Assembly (NCBI GenBank): GCA_017625915.1
Contig: JAGAJV010000191.1
Location: forward strand, 1 to 41,795
Direction: 5' to 3'
Length of the DNA: 41,795 nucleotides
Source of the DNA: Clostridia bacterium
GTDB lineage: Bacteria; Bacillota; Clostridia; Oscillospirales; CAG-272
Below, one piece after another: positions 9,651-19,033 of the stretch. A model generated the notes under the pieces. The model was given only the letters and a program-made list of their open reading frames with translations. It was not told where the DNA came from and did not search any database. Made by a program: the position numbers and the translations under genes. Numbering within the stretch: position 1 is the first letter of the stretch; the number at the start of each line of letters is the position of its first letter.

Positions 9651-11476
9651 GTTAGCTCCTTTCCAAGCTTGTTAGCACCACAGCCTGAGCATTTTTCCTT
9701 ACAGTTTGGTGTGGTAGCGTTTTCGTAGGCTTTTTTGCTTTCGGAAATTAAGAAGCTTTTATTTACTCCTATATCAATTACATCCCAAGGAAGAATTTCA
9801 TCATAGCTCATTCGACGAGTTGCATAGAAATCCGGGTCTATGCCACAGGTAGCGAATACATCCATCCAATTATCATAGCTAAAGTATTCGTCCCAAGCAT
9901 CAAATTTCATACCGCGCTTAACTGCCTCGGCTATTGCCTTTGATAGCTTTCTATCTCCCTTTGAGAACACTGCCTCTAAGCGAGAAACCTTTGCCTCGTG
10001 CCAATTGTATCTTATCTTTTTATCGGTAATTTTTTCAGCAAGGAACATTTGCTTACTACGAAGCTCCTCCAGGCTGTTTTGTGGCTCCCATTGGAATGGA
10101 GTATGTGGCTTTGGCACAAAGCATGATACGCTAACTGTTACGGATACAGGCTTTTTGGGTCTTATTGGCATTTTATAAAATTCGTCTACTACACGCTTAG
10201 CAAGAGTTGAAATGCCCTCAATATCCTCATAGGTTTCTGTAGGTAAGCCATTCATAAAGTAGAGCTTAACCTGGCTTTTTCCACCCTTAAAGGCAAGACG
10301 AACTGCATTCATAAGGTCCTCTTCATAAAGATTCTTATTTATTGCATCACGAAGTCTTTGTGTACCAGCCTCGGGTGCAAAGGTAAGACCGCTTGAACGA
10401 ATAGAGCTAACCTTACGCATTAGCTCCTTAGTGAAGCTATCTGCACGAAGAGATGGCAAGGACAAGTTTACCTTTTTAGGATTTGTCCACTCAAGAAGCA
10501 TATCAGTAGCCTCATGTAGACATGAATAATCGCTTATTGAAAGTGAGGTAAGGGAAATTTCCGTGTAGCCTGTGTTTTCATAAATCGCTTTTGCTTGTTT
10601 ATTTAAAACCTCGGCGCTTTTTTCTCTTACAGGTCTAAATACCATTCCCGCTTGACAGAAGCGACATCCACGAATACAGCCACGGAAGGTTTCAAGCATT
10701 ATTCTGTCATGAACAGTTTCAATGTACGGCATAATGGGCTTTAAAGGGAAATATGAGGTGTTTAGGTCCTCCACCACTCTCTTCTCTACCTTTTTAGGTA
10801 CATCCTCATATTTAGGCTCAAATAGCTTTATAGTGCCATCATCGTTATATTCCACATTATAAAGAGACGGAACATAAAAGCCCTTTAGATGTGAGGCTTC
10901 ACGAAGAAAGGCAGATTTTGTATATGTGCCATTTTCCTTCATTTGCATATATAGCTTAGCTAGCTCAGGGAGTGCTTCCTCGCCCTCGCCTATGCTGAAA
11001 ATATCAAAAAAGTCTGCAACAGGCTCGGCGTTATATGCGCAAGGACCGCCGCCCAAAATTATCGGCATATTCTCGTCTCTATCCCTTGCATATATAGGAA
11101 GTCCTGCCAAATCAATCATATTCACTGCTGTAGTATAGCAAAGCTCATATTGTAAGGAAATTGCCATAATATCAAAATCCTTAACACTATCCTTGCTTTC
11201 GAGGGCAAATAAAGGAATATTGTTCTTCCTCATTTGCTCCTCCATATCAGGCCAAGGCGCATATACTCTTTCGCACCACACATCGTCTAACTGATTTAGT
11301 GCCCCATAAAGTATTCTAACACCTAGGTTTGACATCCCTATTTCATAGGTATCGGGAAAGCAAAATGCAACTCTTAATTTCATTTTGCTTTTATCCTTTA
11401 CAATTTGTCCAAATTCACCACCTGTATATCTACCCGGCTTTTGGACTGATTTTAAAATTGTGCTAATGTTTTGCAT
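9629..11476 (-). CDS. TIGR03960-type B12-binding radical SAM protein
   Basis: KPGRYTGGE, FPDTYEIGMSNLG, CxxxCxxC (GCIRGCRFCQ), APEAGTQRLR, C-terminal CxxxCxxCG. Confidence 0.9.
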   Translation of the reverse strand: MQNISTILKSVQKPGRYTGGEFGQIVKDKSKMKLRVAFCFPDTYEIGMSNLGVRILYGALNQLDDVWCERVYAPWPDMEEQMRKNNIPLFALESKDSVKDFDIMAISLQYELCYTTAVNMIDLAGLPIYARDRDENMPIILGGGPCAYNAEPVADFFDIFSIGEGEEALPELAKLYMQMKENGTYTKSAFLREASHLKGFYVPSLYNVEYNDDGTIKLFEPKYEDVPKKVEKRVVEDLNTSYFPLKPIMPYIETVHDRIMLETFRGCIRGCRFCQAGMVFRPVREKSAEVLNKQAKAIYENTGYTEISLTSLSISDYSCLHEATDMLLEWTNPKKVNLSLPSLRADSFTKELMRKVSSIRSSGLTFAPEAGTQRLRDAINKNLYEEDLMNAVRLAFKGGKSQVKLYFMNGLPTETYEDIEGISTLAKRVVDEFYKMPIRPKKPVSVTVSVSCFVPKPHTPFQWEPQNSLEELRSKQMFLAEKITDKKIRYNWHEAKVSRLEAVFSKGDRKLSKAIAEAVKRGMKFDAWDEYFSYDNWMDVFATCGIDPDFYATRRMSYDEILPWDVIDIGVNKSFLISESKKAYENATTPNCKEKCSGCGANKLGKELTWCPKRK

Positions 11477-11477
11477 T

Positions 11478-13619
11478 TTATTTTAAAGAGGGCATTGCTA
11501 CTAATGTTATTAGTGCCATTACCAGAATTAAAGCTAAGTAATAGCCTGCTATAAGCACTGATGCTGTAGCTGTGATTTTACCAAAGATATGAAGTCCAAC
11601 CAATGTAGCACCAAGAATTGATGAAATAATTTTAAATGCCCTTGTTACCTTTCTGATTTTTGCAATTCTTTTACATACAGGTATTGCTTTAAGTAATGAC
11701 TTGGATTGTCCTCTAGTTACAATCTTACCTTCACTTTTTGCAGTTGTAACAGGAACCTCGTCCTCATCTGTTAGGCGAATTGCCTTAATATCAAACTTCT
11801 TTTGATTTACCTGCCATTTAATAAGCTCATTGTTAATATTAGGGTCAAAGGTACGAATACCGACACCTATTTTGTTTTTGTTTAAAAATAAAGCCGAATT
11901 TACGAATTCCTCGTCAATTGTATACTTTAAATACATTTTAGAGCAAAGTGTTCCGTTACATGCCATATACATTATGCTAATGTCGTCGTCCTCTTCCTTT
12001 TCCGAGCCAACATCAATGCCCTGTGATGACATACCGTATCTATCAGCAAAAATTATGGTGTCTCCATCAATTTTTATACATAGATAGCTTCTTCCTGAGC
12101 ATACAAACCTTGTTTTTTTGCTTTTTTGGAAGGCATCTCTTGTAGCGGAGTCAAAAACATCTGAAAGAGGTCCTCCTACTGTTGCGAAGCCACTTGCAGC
12201 ATAGTATAATACCTTCTCTGTTTTGAAGCCGTTAAACACTTGAAAATTTGTTAGCTTAACATTATATGGCAAAAAAGCAGTTGTATCATTTACTGATACA
12301 AGATTTGTTGATGCAAAATCGTTTATTGCGTTTTCTCCAATAATTGCAACCTCATCATTATAAAGACGTCTATTGCCTATTAGGAACGGAACGCTGTATG
12401 AGAATAGCACGCCAACAGGAAGCATAAGCAAAACTCCGATATGCCATATTGTTAACGCCTTAAAGAAATATTCCTCTATTCTAAACAATGAAATAATCGC
12501 TAAAACAGCCGGAACTAATAGTGAAAATGTATAATAAATTCCTAGATAAGAATGTAGATTTGGTGTGCTGTTTGTATTAGAAAAGTAGCCCTTTACAAAG
12601 GCTGTTTTTTTAACTCTTGCAATTTCACCAGCAAATTCTCCACCGGTTGATGAAAAGGTTTCTGTTTCAGCCTCATCATCACCCTTAATTACCTTTTCCA
12701 GATAAAATTTTACATCCTTTGACGATACAACGCTAAAGCCATACTTTTCTCTTGCGACATTTATGTATGAATATAAAAGCACCATCACAACAGTAACTGC
12801 AACAGGAAAATTATATAGCCTTGGTTCATTGCCAAATGTAATAAACAGTAGTGTTAATAGCGAGTGCACTATTGAGCACGAAACAGAAACCACTGCAACT
12901 GATTCAGGTATATAATCCTTTGAGAAAATAGATTTTATACCGTGATAAAGCTGTTCGTAGGCAAATGCAATACATGCCAAAAAAACAACAATATTTGAAA
13001 CGGTCATCACATAAGGATTTGCTAAAAAGCCTGTTGGATTTTTTATAAATAATCCAATATTCTCAATTAAAAATAAAATTACAGCAAAAACAGAGGCAAG
13101 TATCGTTTTGGTTTTTATGTTTTTCTTGGCAAATTTATACATACCAATAATTTCTTTCCGCTGTTGTCTATCTGTATACTCATAATAATCGGAATGAATA
13201 TCGCCCTGTAGAGTATCAATCTCTGAGCTTGACTGCCCTGTTTTTTCGTCAATGGTTATACTAGGCTGGTTACCACTGCTTAAGCCAAATGTAGAAAAGA
13301 AATGTTGGTCAGCGCTTGATGAGCTTTTATATGTATCATCAATGCTTATTCCGTCCTCACCATCATGGTCGGTGTAGTGAAACTCCTTGGTATAGTTGCC
13401 AGTTAGCTTGTCAAAAACATCCTTTTTAGGGGATACAAGTGTATCGTCCTCGTCATCATTTAAAAGCTCTGTATTTATAGATATGCTTTGTGAATCGCTT
13501 TGACGCTTTGGTTTTTTATGATGTGTTTCCTTAGCTTCGATAGGGGGAGCTACTTTTATTAAATCGTCAGTACTATTATCTAATTCCATCTTGATTTGGT
13601 CAAATTCCTCTGCCCTCAT
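11478..13619 (-). CDS. Membrane protein resembling a degenerate P1B-type ATPase
   Basis: Acidic N-terminus and P1B-like TM/N/P-domain spacing, but no DKTGT, CPC, TGE or GDGxND. Confidence 0.6.
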   Translation of the reverse strand: MRAEEFDQIKMELDNSTDDLIKVAPPIEAKETHHKKPKRQSDSQSISINTELLNDDEDDTLVSPKKDVFDKLTGNYTKEFHYTDHDGEDGISIDDTYKSSSSADQHFFSTFGLSSGNQPSITIDEKTGQSSSEIDTLQGDIHSDYYEYTDRQQRKEIIGMYKFAKKNIKTKTILASVFAVILFLIENIGLFIKNPTGFLANPYVMTVSNIVVFLACIAFAYEQLYHGIKSIFSKDYIPESVAVVSVSCSIVHSLLTLLFITFGNEPRLYNFPVAVTVVMVLLYSYINVAREKYGFSVVSSKDVKFYLEKVIKGDDEAETETFSSTGGEFAGEIARVKKTAFVKGYFSNTNSTPNLHSYLGIYYTFSLLVPAVLAIISLFRIEEYFFKALTIWHIGVLLMLPVGVLFSYSVPFLIGNRRLYNDEVAIIGENAINDFASTNLVSVNDTTAFLPYNVKLTNFQVFNGFKTEKVLYYAASGFATVGGPLSDVFDSATRDAFQKSKKTRFVCSGRSYLCIKIDGDTIIFADRYGMSSQGIDVGSEKEEDDDISIMYMACNGTLCSKMYLKYTIDEEFVNSALFLNKNKIGVGIRTFDPNINNELIKWQVNQKKFDIKAIRLTDEDEVPVTTAKSEGKIVTRGQSKSLLKAIPVCKRIAKIRKVTRAFKIISSILGATLVGLHIFGKITATASVLIAGYYLALILVMALITLVAMPSLK

Positions 13620-13651
13620 ATTTCCTCCTTTTTAGAATTATTTTAAGTCGT

Positions 13652-14479
13652 TTAGCTTCTCTGAATTCTAGCAGCATGACATAGAATTACAGATGCGGCG
13701 GTAGAAACATTTAGTGAGTTTACCTTTCCGTACATTGGGATTGATACTATAAAATCGCTGTTTTCCTTAAGCAGTCTTGATACACCGTTGCCCTCCGAGC
13801 CTAAAATGATACCGCATCCACAATTAAAGTCAGTTTCATAATAAGGTGTTCCTCCAGCCTCTGCTGAGTAAATCCAAAGTCCCTTTTCCTTTAATTCTTC
13901 AACAGTTGAATTGAGATTTGAAACCTTAGCAATTAGCATATGCTCAATTGCGCCTGCTGAGGATTTATAAACAGTTGGTGTAATACCAACAGAACGACGC
14001 TTTGGAATTACAATTCCGTGGGCTCCTGCACATTCGGCACATCTAATAATTGCCCCCAGGTTGTGTGGGTCCTCAATGGAGTCACATATTACTATAAGAG
14101 GCTTTTCGTTTCTCTCATTAGCTAAAGCTAGCATATCGTCAATTGAAGAATATTCCTTCATTGAGGCAAGCGCAACTATTCCTTGGTGATTAGCTCCCTC
14201 GGCTAAATTATCAAGCTTTTGAGGCTCTGCTTCAATAATAGGTATATTTTTATTTGCAGCCTCTGCAATTAATACAGTAATTGAGCCTTCTCTGTCGCCT
14301 TTTCTAACATATATTTTATCAACTGCTCTGTCGCTTTTTAAAAGCTCTCTAACAGCATTTCTTCCAACAACAATTCCATTGTCCTCTTTTTCCTCGTTAA
14401 ATCCATTATCACGATTTCTGTAGCTATCGTTTTTCTTATAGCTATCATTCTTTCTATAATTGAATTTTTTATCCTTCAC
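13652..14479 (-). CDS. rlmB: 23S rRNA (Gm2251) 2'-O-methyltransferase, TrmH/SPOUT family
   Basis: GRNAVRELL, NHQGIVA, EDPHNLGAIIR, GSEGNG, SLNVS; start set at GTG 14479 after GGAGAG. Confidence 0.93.
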   Translation of the reverse strand: MKDKKFNYRKNDSYKKNDSYRNRDNGFNEEKEDNGIVVGRNAVRELLKSDRAVDKIYVRKGDREGSITVLIAEAANKNIPIIEAEPQKLDNLAEGANHQGIVALASMKEYSSIDDMLALANERNEKPLIVICDSIEDPHNLGAIIRCAECAGAHGIVIPKRRSVGITPTVYKSSAGAIEHMLIAKVSNLNSTVEELKEKGLWIYSAEAGGTPYYETDFNCGCGIILGSEGNGVSRLLKENSDFIVSIPMYGKVNSLNVSTAASVILCHAARIQRS

Positions 14480-14556
14480 TTTATTCTCTCCAAACAACAT
14501 AATCGTAGTATTATTATATTTTAACATATATTATTTATTTTGTACAGTGCTTTTGA

Positions 14557-14595
14557 CAAAAAAATCACATCTTTACACTAGTAAAGATGTGATTT
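14557..14595 (-). terminator. Terminator after the zinc-ribbon gene
   Basis: AAATCACATCTTTAC-ACTA-GTAAAGATGTGATTT 15-bp stem with an A tract on the left (U tract on the minus strand). Confidence 0.8.
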
Positions 14596-14637
14596 AAAAT
14601 CATAAATTTAATTATCGGTTTTATCCAAAAATAGCAA

Positions 14638-14913
14638 TTACTGATTTTTCATTTCTGCGAAGCATTCGCTACAGTAAACAGGTCTGTCGTTGCTTGGTTG
14701 GAAAGGAACTCTTGCTACCTTACCGCAATTCGCACATACTGTTTCGTGCATTTCCTTTGGAGCTTTTGCTGCATTCTTTCTTGCATCTCTGCAAGTTTTG
14801 CATCTTTGTGGCTCATTTTGGAAGCCCTTTTCTGCGTAGAACTCCTGCTCACCTGCTGTGAACACAAACTCTGCTCCACATTCTTTGCACACTAATGTCT
14901 TGTCCTCGAACAT
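14638..14913 (-). CDS. Zinc-ribbon / CxxC-x17-CxxC domain protein
   Basis: MFEDKTLVCKECG...FTAGEQEFYAEKGF...PQRCKTCR and CANCG...VPFQP...PVYCSEC; RBS GAGGAG before ATG 14913. Confidence 0.9.
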   Translation of the reverse strand: MFEDKTLVCKECGAEFVFTAGEQEFYAEKGFQNEPQRCKTCRDARKNAAKAPKEMHETVCANCGKVARVPFQPSNDRPVYCSECFAEMKNQ

Positions 14914-14955
14914 TTTTACTCTCCTCATTCGGTATAATTTATACAAAGCATTAAG

Positions 14956-15513
14956 CTAGGTACCGTTGTTAGACTGTTTTTTTAGCTTCGACCTGATTCT
15001 GAAAATCGCATTATTAACTGATTTTTCATCCTTGCCTATTTTTGCTGAGATTTCTTTAGCCCTAGCCCCTTGTGCGTACATCTTAAAAATACGCATTTCG
15101 TAGTTAGATAAAACCGTCTCTGCCAAAGATAAAAGCTTTTTTTCAAGCTCATGCTGAATAACAGTGTCCTGTGGTGTTTCACCTTCCATTGAATCACCAC
15201 TATCGCATTTGCGTCTTTTTTTAGAGCTTGCACGTCTTAAATAAGAAACAAGTCTATTCCTTATACAAACCTTTGCATATGCTCCAAATGTTACCTTCTC
15301 GTCCTCGATGTTATACTTTAACGCCGCATTATAAAATGCTAGCTTTGCTTCCTGGGAAAAATCGTCACTTAAATCATTTTCGTCAGGATACATACTAGAA
15401 TATTTTCTGGACATACTATCTATAAGAGCATTATACTGCTCACATAATAATTCAAAGGCGCCATTATCACCATTTCTTATTTTCAATATAAGCTCAGTAA
15501 TATTTTTTTCCAT
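14956..15513 (-). CDS. sigH: SigH-like RNA polymerase sigma factor
   Basis: Region 2 QEAKLAFYNA...TFGAYAKVCIRNRL; region 4 KSVNNAIFRIRSKL resembles SigH KSIDNALQRVKRKL; close to rlmB. Confidence 0.72.
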   Translation of the reverse strand: MEKNITELILKIRNGDNGAFELLCEQYNALIDSMSRKYSSMYPDENDLSDDFSQEAKLAFYNAALKYNIEDEKVTFGAYAKVCIRNRLVSYLRRASSKKRRKCDSGDSMEGETPQDTVIQHELEKKLLSLAETVLSNYEMRIFKMYAQGARAKEISAKIGKDEKSVNNAIFRIRSKLKKQSNNGT

Positions 15514-15573
15514 AGCTCCTCTTTTCCCAGAAAAATCATATAATTTGCCTATTTATATTTATATGATAAAATT

Positions 15574-15602
15574 ATTTTAGCAAATTATTTAAGTTTTGTC
15601 AA
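15574..15602 (-). promoter_or_regulatory. SigA promoter of the sigH-like gene
   Basis: Minus strand TTGACA-17 bp-TAAAAT with extended TG. Confidence 0.7.
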
Positions 15603-15683
15603 TAGTTTTTTGCACTTTCTTTAATTTTTTTTAATTTTTTTACATTATTTTGTGCAAAATGACAAAATTTTAAAATTATTTGT

Positions 15684-15717
15684 AAAAAAACCGTAACATA
15701 CAAATGTACATTACGGT
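15684..15717 (-). terminator. Probable terminator of the DUF4364 gene
   Basis: ACCGTAA/TTACGGT stem with a 7-nt U tract on the minus strand. Confidence 0.55.
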
Positions 15718-15722
15718 AGCTT

Positions 15723-16274
15723 TTATTCGAAAATATAATTCTTTTCACCAGATACAAGTGCTAAAGTGCCTCTAAATACTATTTCAGGCTTTCTTCTAAA
15801 ATTCACCATCATATTGTCTGCCTCTACCTTAGAGTCAACCTCTACATTTATGTCAAGCACTCTGCGACCATTCTCTGTTATTTCGCAATGAACAAGATAC
15901 TTGCCGTTTTCAAGTGATTTATAATAGCAGTCAATTGCAGCATTTCTTTTTCTAAATGACAGGTGTCTTATTGCACTGCGATAGCTTGCCTCCTTAATGC
16001 CCGGGGATAATGTATCATTTAGCTCGGTTGCTATTGCTTTTCCTGTTTCGGTAACGATATATAGTGCTTCTCCTGATTCGCTTTTTTCAATCTCAATTAC
16101 ATGCGACATATCTATAAGCTCAGCAAAGCAATCGGCACAGTCAAAATAGCTAACTACATTTTCCTGATGCATAATTGAGCAAACATCAGCACAGCTAAGA
16201 GGATATCCTATTCTGTCCATAAGATATAAAATAAAAATTTTTATCTCGTTTTTATCTACCATTGGTATTTGCAT
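15723..16274 (-). CDS. DUF4364 family winged-helix protein
   Basis: KIFILYLM...PLS...VSYF...ELI...YIVTETGK pattern typical of this clostridial family. Confidence 0.75.
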   Translation of the reverse strand: MQIPMVDKNEIKIFILYLMDRIGYPLSCADVCSIMHQENVVSYFDCADCFAELIDMSHVIEIEKSESGEALYIVTETGKAIATELNDTLSPGIKEASYRSAIRHLSFRKRNAAIDCYYKSLENGKYLVHCEITENGRRVLDINVEVDSKVEADNMMVNFRRKPEIVFRGTLALVSGEKNYIFE

Positions 16275-16309
16275 TTCTTTTCTCCCTCGTTTTTTGTCGA
16301 TACTTTAAT

Positions 16310-16338
16310 ATAATATCACATTTGACTTTAATATTCAA
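16310..16338 (-). promoter_or_regulatory. SigA-type promoter of the DUF4364 gene
   Basis: Minus strand TTGAAT-17 bp-TATTAT. Confidence 0.5.
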
Positions 16339-16369
16339 CTATTATTTTTGTTAATTGAAAGGAATTTTT

Positions 16370-17236
16370 ATGTTTTATTCTAGAACAGACTTAGCTTGTG
16401 AAGCAATACCTAAGAATTTAAAGCAGGGGGACTTTGGTGGCGTAAAAATAGAAACAAGAAACCACGGTGGTATTGAAGCTGTTGAGTTAAATATTATTAA
16501 CGAGCTAGGCGCTAGCATAATAAAAAGAAGCATTGGGAAGTATATTACCATTTACTGTGGGAGAGTATGGCTTTATGAAAAGGAATTTATTATTGATTTA
16601 GAAAAGATTATTTCTCAAGAACTAAAAAAATTAATATACAAGTATAAAAAAACGCCTTGTAGGGTGCTTATTTGTGGTCTTGGTAATAGACATATAACCT
16701 CTGATTCGTTAGGACCTCTAGTTATTGACAATTTAGACGCTACAGGACATTTAGATGTTTATAATGACTATAAAAGCTTTTTAATTTCTCCCGGCGTTAT
16801 GGGAGAAAGCGGGATTGAAGCGTATGATTCTGTTTTAGCCATTTCAAGACAGGTTAATGCGGACTTGGTTTTAATCATTGATGCCCTTGCTTCTAAGGGC
16901 TTAGACAGATTATGTACAACCATTCAAATTTCAGATAGCGGCATATGTCCAGGCAGTGGAATAGGCAATTCAAAAAAGGAAATTAGCAAAAGCACACTAG
17001 GCATACCAGTAATATCAATTGGTGTACCTACAGTGATTGACTCCTCTACTTTAATTTATGAAGCTTTAAATGAAGCGAAAATTGAAAATATCTCCTATGA
17101 ATTAGAGGAAATTTTAAATAATAACCGTAATTTCTTTGTATCTCCTAAGGATAGCGACATTATCGTTTCTTCTCTTGCATCTATTATTTCAAATGCTATA
17201 GAGCTGGCATTTAAGAATAAAAATGAAATTACTTAA
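16370..17236 (+). CDS. gpr: Germination protease GPR
   Basis: RTDLACEA propeptide, GLGNRHITSDSLGP, IDALAS, PGSGIGN, IGVPTV; upstream of spoIIP. Confidence 0.93.
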   Translation: MFYSRTDLACEAIPKNLKQGDFGGVKIETRNHGGIEAVELNIINELGASIIKRSIGKYITIYCGRVWLYEKEFIIDLEKIISQELKKLIYKYKKTPCRVLICGLGNRHITSDSLGPLVIDNLDATGHLDVYNDYKSFLISPGVMGESGIEAYDSVLAISRQVNADLVLIIDALASKGLDRLCTTIQISDSGICPGSGIGNSKKEISKSTLGIPVISIGVPTVIDSSTLIYEALNEAKIENISYELEEILNNNRNFFVSPKDSDIIVSSLASIISNAIELAFKNKNEIT

Positions 17237-17267
17237 ATATATTAGATAAAAAAGATGTGAGGTAGAT

Positions 17268-18326
17268 ATGGATAATAACGAGTTAATTCCCACTATACCC
17301 GATGATATTTCAGAAAACTCTGTTTTAGTGGTTAAAAGAAAGAAAAAAAGAAAGAAGCATTTTTTCTTTAAAAGGCTTCTTTGCTTTGTTCTAATTATGG
17401 GCTTATGCTATTTTGTTTATAGAAATTTAAATGAAATTAAGGTAATGGCAAATAAAATTGTTGATAAATTCTCAAGCGGAAATAATAACGAGCCGTCCTT
17501 TGATAGCAGTATAATTGATAGTGATAGCTTGTCTAGTGATAGTGGTGTAGTATCACCCCCAGAGGATATATTTACAATTCCTAGTGATGCTTTTGAGATT
17601 ATTTCTAACACAGGCAATTTCACAGAAATATCAAATGAAGCCGAAATTAGTCTTGATTTCGATTATTCAAATAGCCACATCTTAGCGAACGACATATATA
17701 AGCAATATGGGAACGAAGCGCCTGTTGTTTTAATTATACATTCTGCTTGCAGGGAAGCATATTCAAACGGTAGCTATTACTATACTGACGATAGCTTTTA
17801 CAGTAATGAAAATAATATTTCGTTGGTGGGCAAGATAATTTGCGATACATTGAACGACAATAACATAAACACCATACATATTGACGATATATTTGCAAAC
17901 GGCAGTATTTATAATTCAAATGTTGAATTTGAAAAAGCTTTAAACCAAGCTTTAAAAATGTATCCTAGCATTTCATATGTTTTTGATGTTTCAAGAGATA
18001 TTATAATCAATGACGATTTGTCCATGAATAAAATGGTATCCAATATAAACGGCAAGGATATTGCTCAAATCAAGCTTATTATAGGGTCTAGCAGTGACGA
18101 AAATAAAACATTTTGGCACAAAAATCTTTCCTTTGCAAGCAAGCTGGCTGAAAACAACAGCGATTTGGTTTATGATGTTACATTATCAAAATTTGAATTG
18201 ACGCAAAATATAAGTCCAATCTCAATGCGTATTGATGTGGGTGCTTTTTCAAACTCTATTGATGAAGCAATTCTAGCAGGTAATGAGCTTGCTTTAAGAA
18301 TATGTAATTTATTATGTCAAGGCTGA
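17268..18326 (+). CDS. spoIIP: Stage II sporulation protein P-like protein (divergent active site)
   Basis: Follows gpr; N-terminal TM; P-V-L-I-x-H-x4-EAY, YPSISYVFDVSRD and IDVG...NSIDEA follow the SpoIIP layout. Confidence 0.8.
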   Translation: MDNNELIPTIPDDISENSVLVVKRKKKRKKHFFFKRLLCFVLIMGLCYFVYRNLNEIKVMANKIVDKFSSGNNNEPSFDSSIIDSDSLSSDSGVVSPPEDIFTIPSDAFEIISNTGNFTEISNEAEISLDFDYSNSHILANDIYKQYGNEAPVVLIIHSACREAYSNGSYYYTDDSFYSNENNISLVGKIICDTLNDNNINTIHIDDIFANGSIYNSNVEFEKALNQALKMYPSISYVFDVSRDIIINDDLSMNKMVSNINGKDIAQIKLIIGSSSDENKTFWHKNLSFASKLAENNSDLVYDVTLSKFELTQNISPISMRIDVGAFSNSIDEAILAGNELALRICNLLCQG

Positions 18327-18896
18327 TAAAACCTTAACACCATCCTTTTTTAAAATGCATTTATAATGCTCTTTTATGTAGCTAGCAATACTGCCCTTAA
18401 TGTATTTAGAATATTCAAGTAGAAAGGAATATCTGATATCCTTTATGTATATGTCCTCTAAAATCATATAGTATCTTTTCTTGTCGATATCGTAATAAAC
18501 CGAGCTTTTGTTTTTATATTTGATTTCCTTTAATCTATAGCACGCCTGCAAAAGATTTTCTATATTTTCAAAATCGAATATTGATAATACTGATTTGGGC
18601 TTTTTGTTATCAAGCTGTTGATTTTTATCCTTATACACCGCCTTTTCTGCCTCCATACTGATACAGCTTATATATATTTCACAGCCACCATCCTTAGATG
18701 GAAATATTTCAGTAAATATTTTTCTGCCTGCATATGAAAAATCAACCGTTTCCTTTGCCTTTAAAAGCAGCTTTGAAAAGGATTCCTTTATTTCATCCTC
18801 TTCAAGTATATCACTATCTAAAATTCTGTACTCCTTAGTTTCATCTATATTCAAGGAAATTTTAATTGCGTGCTTTCCTATTCGTAGTATTTCCAT
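18312..18896 (-). CDS. mecA: ClpC adaptor MecA-like protein
   Basis: MEILRIGKHAIKISL, EIFPSKDGGCEIYIS, FDFENIENLL, EYS...YIKEH. Confidence 0.8.
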   Translation of the reverse strand: MEILRIGKHAIKISLNIDETKEYRILDSDILEEDEIKESFSKLLLKAKETVDFSYAGRKIFTEIFPSKDGGCEIYISCISMEAEKAVYKDKNQQLDNKKPKSVLSIFDFENIENLLQACYRLKEIKYKNKSSVYYDIDKKRYYMILEDIYIKDIRYSFLLEYSKYIKGSIASYIKEHYKCILKKDGVKVLSALT

Positions 18897-18917
18897 TTTG
18901 TCACCTCTCTTTTAAAT

Positions 18918-18946
18918 ATTATATGCCTTGAATTAATTTTGTGCAA
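18918..18946 (-). promoter_or_regulatory. SigA promoter of mecA
   Basis: Minus strand TTGCAC-17 bp-TATAAT. Confidence 0.65.
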
Positions 18947-19033
18947 GGAACAATGTTTTCTATTTTTGTAAGTATATGTATTTTTTGAAAAAATTTATAA
19001 TATAATTTACCATAAAGAAAAAAGGAGCATAAT

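Noticed and set aside
14420-14460. Short tandem repeat in the rlmB 5' region (RKNDSY/KKNDSY)
   Set aside because: Two-copy in-frame duplication in a low-complexity N-terminus; not CRISPR-like or a phase-variation tract.
15650-15665. TTGTGCAAAATGACAA (and a similar motif at 18939) as a Rex site
   Set aside because: Length and spacing do not fit the 18-bp Rex palindrome and the two copies differ in spacing; unsupported without a genome scan.
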